NCBI GenBank assembly: GCA_964568735.1
Contig: CAZMRF010000001.1
Coordinates: 46,699-110,698 of the forward strand
Direction: 5' to 3'
DNA length: 64,000 nucleotides
Source: an uncultured Acidobacteriota bacterium
GTDB lineage: Bacteria; Acidobacteriota; Polarisedimenticolia; JACPZX01
Below, piece by piece: positions 18,823 to 26,890 of the stretch; within the stretch, counting starts at the first letter, position 1, and every line of letters starts with the position of its first letter. The notes under the pieces were generated by a model. That model was not told where the DNA came from and made no database searches. It was given only the letters and a program-made list of their open reading frames with translations. The position numbers and the translations under genes are program-made.

Positions 18823-20211
18823 TCAGTCCTCGACGACGAGGAACCAGGTCTGACTGTTGAGCGTGCCGCCCTGTGCCGAGCGGCCGACGACCTTCCAGTA
18901 GACCCCGCCCTCGCCGGCCACGGCCATCTGGTGCACCTCAGAGCGCTCGTGCGGGCTGAGCCTCCGGGTGCGCCCCGCTCCCGCCGGGATCTCCATCGTG
19001 GACTCCTGCGGGAACGTCGGATCCGCCGACATGAGGACTCTCGTGGGGACGGGCTGGTCGGACTGCCACTTGAGGGTCACGACGCGGCCGGCCTTCGAGT
19101 CGTAGGCGGGCTGCACGAGCCGCAGCGGAGGCGCCGGCGGGTTCGGTACCGTCCGCTCTGGCGGATGGATCGTGTTGAAGCCGCCGAGATCGAAGTCCTC
19201 GAGCATGTAGTGGTACTTCACGCCGTTGACCGCCGTCATGTCTTCGAAGCTGTAGGAGGCCCCGCTGACGTCGCTTCCCAGCCCCGGGAGCAGCGCGTTG
19301 GTGACTCGCTCGAACCTGCCCGAGCGCGCTTCCTGTCTCAGAACCGCGAAGCCGGCGTTGTCGATCTCCGAAGAGGTGTCCCACCGGACCGTGACTCTGC
19401 CGTCGCCCGGCTCCACGGAGAAGGACGAAAGCGAGATGAGGAGATCTCCGGGGCCGCAGGGGGTGATGAACCCGCTGCCGCCCTGGACTCCGGCCTGGAA
19501 GCGCGCCACGGCGATCATGACCTTGTCCCCCGGCGGGATGATGGAGGGCAGGGAGGTGAAGGAGCATGCCGTGTAGCTGCTGATGTTCCCGGCGACCTGG
19601 ATCGTGAAGGTGACGCTCTGGCCGGCAAGGATCTCGAGCGGATTGCCACCGCTGGCGCCCGTCGAAATCCCCTTGTTGGCGAGGAGGACGTTGAAGGCCC
19701 CCATACCATCCATCTTGAGGTTCTTCAAGGAAGAGGAGGGGTGCGAGTCGACGACGTTGTCCGTCCGGTTGCTGTCGAAGGCGCGCTCCCAGACGAGAGC
19801 TCCCGTCTCTGACAGCAAGGTCATTCCCGTCACACCCGGAGGCGTGTTGAAGGAGAGGCCGGTGAGGCTGGCGGTGGTCGTCGTTCGGTTGAAGACCTGG
19901 AGGGTCAGGATGCCGGTAGTCCGGGTGTAGGAGAAGACGAAATCGGCCTCGGCGATCGTCCCGTCATCAAGTCGGCCGGGGTTGCTGAAGGCCGAGCCAT
20001 TGCTCGAGAGGGAGCCCTGGCCGCCCAGCTGCATCCCGCTCACCGTGGTGTCCTGGCTGGGACAGTTGTTCTGAGTCGGGACGCACAATCGCTGTGCCCA
20101 GGCCGGGCTGGAAGCGACCGAGATCAGTCCGATCGCGAAGATGACCATGACGAGAAGCCGTACCTTGGTGCCACCGACGTCGATCGACATCTTGGGTATC
20201 CCCAGGCGCAT
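18823..20211 (-). CDS. Secreted protein of unknown function
   Basis: Cleavable signal peptide (MSIDVGGTKVRLLVMVIFAIGLISVASSPAWAQ) followed by a 430-aa Ser/Thr/Gly-rich beta-type sequence. It is tightly packed with the PqqD gene (8-nt gap). Start ambiguous (20211 or 20190). Confidence 0.55.
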   Translation of the reverse strand: MRLGIPKMSIDVGGTKVRLLVMVIFAIGLISVASSPAWAQRLCVPTQNNCPSQDTTVSGMQLGGQGSLSSNGSAFSNPGRLDDGTIAEADFVFSYTRTTGILTLQVFNRTTTTASLTGLSFNTPPGVTGMTLLSETGALVWERAFDSNRTDNVVDSHPSSSLKNLKMDGMGAFNVLLANKGISTGASGGNPLEILAGQSVTFTIQVAGNISSYTACSFTSLPSIIPPGDKVMIAVARFQAGVQGGSGFITPCGPGDLLISLSSFSVEPGDGRVTVRWDTSSEIDNAGFAVLRQEARSGRFERVTNALLPGLGSDVSGASYSFEDMTAVNGVKYHYMLEDFDLGGFNTIHPPERTVPNPPAPPLRLVQPAYDSKAGRVVTLKWQSDQPVPTRVLMSADPTFPQESTMEIPAGAGRTRRLSPHERSEVHQMAVAGEGGVYWKVVGRSAQGGTLNSQTWFLVVED

Positions 20212-20338
20212 CCTCCGGGCCGCGGAGAGCGCAGTTACTTTCGTTGACGCTCCGGCGTGGCCCCTGCCGGTATGCCGGGACCGCCGAGGCCTCCTCACCC
20301 CTCCGCCGGGCTCACCTCGCGCGGCGGGACCTTCTCAC

Positions 20339-20470
20339 TCAGAATCCGAAGGGAACGGTGCCTGTGTACGCCTGAGCGGGACCCATCGCCTCGAGGATCT
20401 CCGATTCGCTCACCGTCCGTATCTGAGGAGCCACGTATTCGATCCGGTCCATTCCGTCTGTGCGGTTCAT
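20339..20470 (-). CDS. Candidate 43-aa precursor peptide (MNRTDGMDRIEYVAPQIRTVSESEILEAMGPAQAYTGTVPFGF)
   Basis: GGAGG lies 10 nt upstream of the ATG. It sits in a lower-GC intergenic stretch at the head of the PqqD operon. It has a YxxP (YVAP) leader-like motif and atypical codon usage (aca, ata, gga, gtt). Confidence 0.4.
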   Translation of the reverse strand: MNRTDGMDRIEYVAPQIRTVSESEILEAMGPAQAYTGTVPFGF

Positions 20471-20916
20471 TTTCTGCCTGCCTCCATGTCCATGATGTCC
20501 ATGCGTCGCAGAGCGCCGCGCGGGGTCGTCTCGGGGAGATTCGAGTTCAACCGATGGCTCTCCGGCACGATGCATGGAGAGTCAGGGGCCGCAGCGGATC
20601 CTGCGCCACCGGCAGATGGCGGGCGCACCGTAAGGAATCGAAGCGGGATTCCCCTCTCACGCTTCGTCCTGTCAGGCAGTCAGGCAGGTAGGACTGGTTC
20701 ACCCCTCGTTTTGTGCTGGGCCAGAAGTGCTCTGAAAATACTCAAACTCCTCGCACTCGTCAAGGGCTTGCCATGGGTTAATTGCTCATGGCTACAGGGA
20801 ATCCGGCCCGTGCGGACGATTGGTGCCATTCGGAAAGGTGATCGCGGTCCGCCTTAGTGGATGACCGATCTGTCTGTTATGGATTGTCGAGCGGCCGGGA
20901 ACTCGAGAAGGCTGGA

Positions 20917-21567
20917 TCAGTTGGAGAGGAGGGTACCACCCGGGTAGGCGCCTCCCCCGAGGATGTGAGTCGTGGTCGCCTGGGTGGAGGGATCCAGGAA
21001 GAAAAGAGCCGTGCCCGAGCTGCTGTCGGTCCCGACGAAGCCTATGGGACTGGTGACGCCCTTCTGCGTGATGTTGAAGGTGACTCGCACCACGGTTGCC
21101 CGGCCCGATCCGCCGACCTTCACGAACGCCGGTGGGGTCAGCGTGATCGTCCCGAGGACATCGCCCCCGCTCAAGGTGCAGGCCGGAGTTCCAGCCAGGA
21201 GCTGGTTGCCCGGGAAGAAACTTCCGGCTGTACAGCCGACGAAGTTCGCCACCGTTGAATCGAAGGAAATCTCGAAGGCCAGGCCGCTCACGCTCATGGA
21301 GGCATCGCAATCGGTGACGACGATCTCCAGCTCCACACCAGAGCCGACGACCCTGCCCAGCTGGAGCGAGACCTGGTCCGCGATCGGGCAGTCGGCCGAT
21401 GCCGCGGGCGTGAAGACCGCATTGGGGGTCGTCCCGGCGATCGCGGAAGGGAGATCGACTTCTTCGTCGCCCGTATTGCAGCCGGGGACGAGAGCCACCG
21501 CCAGAAGCACCGCTCCGGCGATGGCGCCCCGTCGCAGATTCGTCTCGACGCGAGCAAGGTTCATCAC
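20917..21567 (-). CDS. Lipoprotein of unknown function
   Basis: Signal peptide with lipobox LVPGC, and a Thr/Gly/Ser-rich beta-type body. Its start overlaps the upstream gene stop. Confidence 0.55.
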   Translation of the reverse strand: MMNLARVETNLRRGAIAGAVLLAVALVPGCNTGDEEVDLPSAIAGTTPNAVFTPAASADCPIADQVSLQLGRVVGSGVELEIVVTDCDASMSVSGLAFEISFDSTVANFVGCTAGSFFPGNQLLAGTPACTLSGGDVLGTITLTPPAFVKVGGSGRATVVRVTFNITQKGVTSPIGFVGTDSSSGTALFFLDPSTQATTTHILGGGAYPGGTLLSN

Positions 21568-22382
21568 GGGAATGGGCCCACCCTGCCGAAGTTGGCGAAA
21601 AAGATGGCGATGTCAGCCCCATTAATGCGTCCGTCGACGTCGAGGTCGTTTCCGACGACGTAGATGCCGTCGCCGGATACCGATGGATAGGTCAGAAGCA
21701 GGATGATGAGATCCCCATTGTCGATCCGGTTGGAGCCATCCAGGTCCAGGCGGGCCAGATTCACCGTGACGCTGAAGCCGTTGGGCTTGGAGCCCACCCC
21801 TCCTCCGACGTTGGTCACTGACACGGTCCGAGTCGCCACCTGCGCCAGAGGATCCGCGCTCAACGTCGTCACGAGCGTGCTCGGCGCTCCCGTGGAGTTC
21901 ACGGCCCCGACGGTGATGCCGGCGCCGAAGCTCACGGTGGCGCCCGCAGAGAAGTTGTCGCCGGAGATCGTCACGCTCAGAGCGGACTGCCCCTGACGCA
22001 TCGAGGTCTGCGAAAGGGTCCGGACGGTCGGGGTCAGGCTGGGCGTGGTGCTCCGGACCGTGGAGAAGCCGCTCTCGTTCCCGCTCAGATCGAATGCTGT
22101 GAGGGCGAGGAACCAGGTCTGGCCCGCGGTGAGCTGGAGGCTCGCGCTCGTCGCAGCAGGCCCCAGGGTCACGAACCGATCCGCCACAGCCGCCGCCTGC
22201 GCCGGGAGCAGGTTGAAGATGTTGGGGTCGATGTCCGCGTAGAGCCTGTACCCGGCCAGATCGGGCTCCACGTTTGCCGTCCAGACGACGTTGACGGTGC
22301 CCTGGAGCTGCGCCAGGGCGGGTGTCGCCACGGCGCATGCGAGCGCCAGGGAGACGAGGGCGCTGCGCAGGCGGCTACTCAA
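21564..22382 (-). CDS. Secreted FN3-like domain protein with a C-terminal type-I dockerin
   Basis: Signal peptide ALACAVATPALAQ. C-terminal duplicated Ca-binding segments DLDGSNRIDNGDL and DVDGRINGADIAIF with dockerin spacing. Confidence 0.65.
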   Translation of the reverse strand: MSSRLRSALVSLALACAVATPALAQLQGTVNVVWTANVEPDLAGYRLYADIDPNIFNLLPAQAAAVADRFVTLGPAATSASLQLTAGQTWFLALTAFDLSGNESGFSTVRSTTPSLTPTVRTLSQTSMRQGQSALSVTISGDNFSAGATVSFGAGITVGAVNSTGAPSTLVTTLSADPLAQVATRTVSVTNVGGGVGSKPNGFSVTVNLARLDLDGSNRIDNGDLIILLLTYPSVSGDGIYVVGNDLDVDGRINGADIAIFFANFGRVGPFP

Positions 22383-23079
22383 GGTGAAGATCCCCGACCG
22401 CGAGCGTCCATGGCATGTCGCGGCCTTCGATATCGAGCAGGCGCACCTCCGTGAGCCCGAGCGGCACCGGTCCGGTCGTCAGGATCTCGAACTCGAGCTC
22501 GACGAGCGTCTCGACGGAATCGAAGCCCCCGGGCAAGGCGGAGCGGTAGATGCTCACGAGGCCCGGCACCGACGGGGACTCGCGGGCGAGAAGGGCGCCC
22601 CGCCCCGTCGGGCGGAACCCTGTATATCGGATCTGCGAGGGATCGGCTCCTATGTCGAAGGACGCGTGCTGCAGGCCCTCGAGGCCGTCGAAGAGGGTCA
22701 CCTTGAGGACGACGAGACCCCCCGCACCGGGCTGGACAATCGAGGCATCGAGCCTCACCTGCGGCACGGCGTCCGCGATCCCCTCAGGGTTCCGGATCGC
22801 GCGGCGGTTCTGGAACCTACGGCCAGCCTTGCCCTGGCGCGTCTTCGCTGCTGCGGCCGAAGCCCTGATCCCGGCGCGGCCCGGGTCCTCCGGCGGCGCC
22901 GCGGACCCGGCCCCGGCAAGGCCTATCGCCGCCGCGGCGAGCCCTGCCAGTAGCCACCGGAGCGCGATCGTCTTGAAGCCTCCCGGTTTCAATGGGACCT
23001 CATCAGGGGACGACCATGAATCCCGCCGGGGCAGCAGGGGCCATGCTGTCGGCGAGTGTGAAGGAGTACGGTGGATCAT
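22375..23079 (-). CDS. Secreted protein with a putative cohesin-like beta-sandwich domain
   Basis: Signal peptide (LLAGLAAAAIGLAGA) and beta-strand-pattern sequence (VVLKVTLFDGLEGLQHASFDIGADPSQIRYTG...VELEFEILTTG). Assignment tentative and start uncertain. Confidence 0.35.
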   Translation of the reverse strand: MIHRTPSHSPTAWPLLPRRDSWSSPDEVPLKPGGFKTIALRWLLAGLAAAAIGLAGAGSAAPPEDPGRAGIRASAAAAKTRQGKAGRRFQNRRAIRNPEGIADAVPQVRLDASIVQPGAGGLVVLKVTLFDGLEGLQHASFDIGADPSQIRYTGFRPTGRGALLARESPSVPGLVSIYRSALPGGFDSVETLVELEFEILTTGPVPLGLTEVRLLDIEGRDMPWTLAVGDLHLE

Positions 23080-25663
23080 TGAGAACGTTCGGCGGTGAGT
23101 CGAGATCCGCGGCAGTGATCAGCACGTACACGGTGCTGCCGGAGGGAAACGCCGCGGGAGCCGGCGTGAAGGTTACGACGAACTCCTGAGAGGTCGTGCC
23201 CACCTGGCTGATCTGAGGGCTGACGATCGTGTTAGGATCGGTCGCGATCGTGCCGGGATTGAGGCCGAGGCGCATCTGGATGGTGGCGCTGTCCACGCCC
23301 AGCCCGAAGTCCACGACGTGAGCCGAGACCGTAGCACCCGGGATCACTCCGAGGGCGCCGGGGGCGGGATTCTGCTGCGTCAGCACGGGCGCCTGCGGCT
23401 CGGATGAAACCCGCACGCGGAACCCGTTGTGCGACCAGCTCCCCATCACGTTCTGGTGCTGGTCCCGTTGCCGGACGCGCACGTAGTAGTCCCCGGGAGG
23501 GAGCGTGCTGATGTCAGGGAGGGTGTACCCTTGTGTCCCCGTGGTGATCTCGCCGCTTCCGAACCTCGGCCGCGAGCCATTGACGCTGTCGAAGGTGGGG
23601 ACGATGTCCACCTGCACCTCGAAGGCTCCCTGCGAGTCCGTGCCGGGATAGAGGACCGGGTCGAAGGCATTCAGAAGGGTGTCGGGGTCGACGATGGTCC
23701 ACGTGAACCCCGGCGTGCTGTCCCCGAGCGTGGCAGAGGGCTGGAAGGTGTAGGGCGGAGGAGCCACACCGGCCTCAAGCGCCCCCGCGTCCCGGATGGC
23801 GCCTCCCCCGAGGGGAACGGGCAGATCCACCCTGTTGGGGTCGGCCGGCTCTATGGCAGGGCTGCCGGCGCCCAGACGGAAGTCGTCCCCCGCGCTGTTG
23901 ACGAACAACGGATCGCAGGCGGGATTGGAGCTGCCGGTCGAGGTCAGCGCAACGGGGCAGTTCCTGGCAAACACTATTACATTCGCGTCCTGAGGGTAGG
24001 CCAGGATGACGTCATTGTTGTTGCTGAATAGGAAGTTGTCCTCGATAACGATGCCCGCGGCGGCGGAGAACTGCGCTGGAGGGCTGATGCGCGCATCTGA
24101 GAAATCCATCGCAATGTTGTTGTCCACGAAGATGTTGTTCCGGACCGTCGTGAACTTGGTGTGATGGCCGAAGCTGATCCCGTACTGGCACCTGACGAAA
24201 GTGTTGTTCTCGATATGGATTTTCCCCGAGCGGAGAAGCAGGAATCCCGCCCCGAATCCGGCCGATCCACTCACGTCGTAGACGAGGTTGTTTCGGGCCA
24301 CGGCTGAGTCCGAGGAAAGGTAGAAGGCAACGGTCCCGGAAGAGGGCGCGCCGTTGTGAAAGACGTTGTCCTCGAGGAGGGCCCCCTCGTCGCCGCTGTT
24401 GTGGATCTGGATGGCCGTGTGCCCGTTGAAGTTCGAGAACTCGTTCCCGCGGATCTCCACGTGCCTGGAGCCTGCGACATCGATGTGATCGAACATCTCC
24501 GTGGCGAAGATGGAGTCCAGAATCCTGTTGCCTTCGCCGCCGCCCACGAGCTGAACGCCGGTGGCCGCGGCGTTGAAGGTGGCGGAGAAGGTGAGGTTGC
24601 GCAGCGTGATGAAATCGGCGTTGTTGATGTAGACGCCTACCTGGAGCCCGGAGCCCTTGATCTCGACGCCATCGATGGTCCAATAGGAGACGCGGGAAGG
24701 CGAGCCGATGAAGGCAATGGCTGAGAAGGGCTGGCTTCCGGCCGCGGGCCCCTCGATGGTGGCCAGCTCGCCCGGGAAGCTCCGGATGGTGATCGGATTG
24801 CCGGGAGTGCCGCTCCGGGCTCCCCCGCTTGGCACGATCCGCACATTCTCCCGGTAGGTTCCCGCTCTCAGGTTGAGGAAGTCCCCCGGAAAGAGATCCC
24901 GAATCCCCCGGTTCACGGTCTTGAAGGGGCTGGCCTGGGTTCCGGTGTTGGTGTCAAGGCCCGTGGGGGAGACGAAGAGCTGCGTCGGGGCGGGGTTCAA
25001 CGCGGGGAAGGCGAAACCGGGAATGGCGCCCGGGAGCGCGTCCGAGGCCGCGGCAAGGCCGTTCGGAGCGAGAGGGACCTGGTTCATCTTGAAGACGCCC
25101 GTAGAGAAGTTGGCCGGCGAGGCCGTCCAGGAGGCGTCGCCGTTCGCCTGCACCCGCATCCGCCAGTAGATCAGATTCGCCCGGCTGTCGATCGGAAGAC
25201 GGTTCCCGGACGAGTTGCCGGTCGGAACGGTGGGGTTCCCGTAGCTGGTGGTCGTCGCCGCGTTCAGCGCCCCCTTGTCATTCGTCCCGCTCTCCCAGAA
25301 CCAGAAGGGGCTGCCGAACCCGGGATCGTCGTCGACCTGGATCTGCCAGTTCGTCTGGCTCCCGGGGCCAGGGAAGACCCAGCTGAAGTCGGGGACCTTG
25401 TTCGTGAGGCGCAGATTGTTGACGACGCCGGCTACCCGCATCGTATTGGGATCGACGACGGGCTGCGCCCAAGCCGGAAAGCAGCCCGACGCTAGGAGCG
25501 TCAGGATCGCGAGGACTTGCAGGGTTCGATTGACGGCACCGGCTGGCGCGTCGTCCCGGTCGTGAGCGCGCGGACACTCCCGCCCACCCGAAAGCCGCGC
25601 CGACCGCGAGCTACCCGACATCCTCCTCCCTGTGTCGGCCATAAGTCCTCTTACCCTAGCCAC
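23003..25663 (-). CDS. Secreted right-handed parallel beta-helix (pectate-lyase-fold) protein with C-terminal Ig-like domains
   Basis: Signal peptide LAILTLLASGCFPAWAQ. Repeated N..F..N.I motifs (NNTFVRCQYGISF, RNNIFVDNNIAMDF) typical of beta-helix repeats. Confidence 0.7.
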   Translation of the reverse strand: MARVRGLMADTGRRMSGSSRSARLSGGRECPRAHDRDDAPAGAVNRTLQVLAILTLLASGCFPAWAQPVVDPNTMRVAGVVNNLRLTNKVPDFSWVFPGPGSQTNWQIQVDDDPGFGSPFWFWESGTNDKGALNAATTTSYGNPTVPTGNSSGNRLPIDSRANLIYWRMRVQANGDASWTASPANFSTGVFKMNQVPLAPNGLAAASDALPGAIPGFAFPALNPAPTQLFVSPTGLDTNTGTQASPFKTVNRGIRDLFPGDFLNLRAGTYRENVRIVPSGGARSGTPGNPITIRSFPGELATIEGPAAGSQPFSAIAFIGSPSRVSYWTIDGVEIKGSGLQVGVYINNADFITLRNLTFSATFNAAATGVQLVGGGEGNRILDSIFATEMFDHIDVAGSRHVEIRGNEFSNFNGHTAIQIHNSGDEGALLEDNVFHNGAPSSGTVAFYLSSDSAVARNNLVYDVSGSAGFGAGFLLLRSGKIHIENNTFVRCQYGISFGHHTKFTTVRNNIFVDNNIAMDFSDARISPPAQFSAAAGIVIEDNFLFSNNNDVILAYPQDANVIVFARNCPVALTSTGSSNPACDPLFVNSAGDDFRLGAGSPAIEPADPNRVDLPVPLGGGAIRDAGALEAGVAPPPYTFQPSATLGDSTPGFTWTIVDPDTLLNAFDPVLYPGTDSQGAFEVQVDIVPTFDSVNGSRPRFGSGEITTGTQGYTLPDISTLPPGDYYVRVRQRDQHQNVMGSWSHNGFRVRVSSEPQAPVLTQQNPAPGALGVIPGATVSAHVVDFGLGVDSATIQMRLGLNPGTIATDPNTIVSPQISQVGTTSQEFVVTFTPAPAAFPSGSTVYVLITAADLDSPPNVLNDPPYSFTLADSMAPAAPAGFMVVP

Positions 25664-25750
25664 TTAGCGCGACCCAGTCAAGGGGAAACAGCGCGACGGT
25701 CCCTTCGCACCGACTGGAGGCGCCACGGCCGTACCAGGGTTGCCCGTGCA

Positions 25751-26890
25751 TCAGCGGCCCGGCGCCCTGGAGCGCAATGCGCGGATCGCCAGGGCGAGAT
25801 GTCGGGGACGGAGCCGGATGAGCCAACGCCCGAGGATCCCCAGGTGCCCCCGGCGGAGGTGGTGCACGAAGACCTCCCACTGGTGCGAAACGGTACGGCG
25901 CGAGGTGGAACCCGCGACTCCCCCGCTGAGCGACAGGTCACCCGAGAGCGGAGCGGAGATCTCCTCGAGGCGACTCAGGACCGCACGGGCGGAGTCCCCC
26001 TCCAGCGTCACGGGGAAGAGACCGCGGCCCGCAAGCGTCGCCCTGAGCTCCACGGAGGCCGCGCGCTTGCCTTCGAGCACGACGCGGAAGACGGCCGCCT
26101 CGCGGCGGATCTCCGCCGCGGAACGGTTCACGACGAATCCAGAAGCTGGATCGAAGAGGAACTCCCCCAGCGAGTAGGCGATCACCGCATCTCCGCGGCG
26201 CTCGACGCCCTGCATGACGTGAGGATGGTGGCCGAGAATGACGGAGGCCCCTCCCTCACAAATCCTCCGGGCCAGCGCCTGGTCCTCGGGGCGCGGATAG
26301 TCCGAGTACACCAGTCCAAAATGAAGCGAGACGATGACCGCGTCGCAGAGCCGGGCCAGCGCGCGGATGTCCTCCAGGATGAGCGACTCCCGCAGAGGCG
26401 CGGCCCCGGGGCGGTTCTCCGAGGCGGAGTGCCGCCCCTCGGCCGCGTAGGCCAGGAAGCCCGCCCGGAATCCGCCCCTCTCGATGACGACCGGAAGGCG
26501 CGCGCTGCGGAGATCCTCCCCCGCTCCGACGGCGAGGATCCCCTCGCCTCGCAGGGCGGCCAGCGTCGCTCGAAGCCCTTCAGGCCCGTAGTCCATGACG
26601 TGGTTGTTGGCGAGAGAGACGATCTCGAAGCCGGCGGCCGAAAGGCGCCGGGCGTGCCCGGGTGCGCCCGCGAAGCCCTCCCTCACCTCCGGGAGCGCGG
26701 GTCTGATCCCGTCCGGGACGAGCGGAGTCTCCAGGTTTGCGAAGAGCAGGTCGGCCCCTCGGAGTGAGGAGGCCGCGGCCGCGAAGGGATCCTCACCATG
26801 CGACGGGGAGGCCGCTCGACGGAGGCTTCCGCCGAAGCCGATGTCGCCCACCGCATGGAGCGCCAGGCGGCGGGGCCCGCCGGTGCTCAT
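25751..26890 (-). CDS. CapA/PgsA-family metallophosphatase (poly-gamma-glutamate/capsule biosynthesis protein-like)
   Basis: GDIGFGG and NLETPL N-terminal motifs, and NNHVMDYG and GHHPHV metal-binding motifs. Confidence 0.75.
   Translation of the reverse strand: MSTGGPRRLALHAVGDIGFGGSLRRAASPSHGEDPFAAAASSLRGADLLFANLETPLVPDGIRPALPEVREGFAGAPGHARRLSAAGFEIVSLANNHVMDYGPEGLRATLAALRGEGILAVGAGEDLRSARLPVVIERGGFRAGFLAYAAEGRHSASENRPGAAPLRESLILEDIRALARLCDAVIVSLHFGLVYSDYPRPEDQALARRICEGGASVILGHHPHVMQGVERRGDAVIAYSLGEFLFDPASGFVVNRSAAEIRREAAVFRVVLEGKRAASVELRATLAGRGLFPVTLEGDSARAVLSRLEEISAPLSGDLSLSGGVAGSTSRRTVSHQWEVFVHHLRRGHLGILGRWLIRLRPRHLALAIRALRSRAPGR

Noticed and set aside
11929-20470. Considered calling the PqqD/HprK-like/nucleotidyltransferase cluster a lasso-peptide biosynthetic cluster
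   Set aside because: No asparagine-synthetase-like lasso cyclase or transglutaminase-like B2 protease occurs anywhere nearby. The candidate core (GPAQAYTGTVPFGF) has no Asp/Glu for macrolactam formation. The peptidases present are C25 and S24/S26 types instead.
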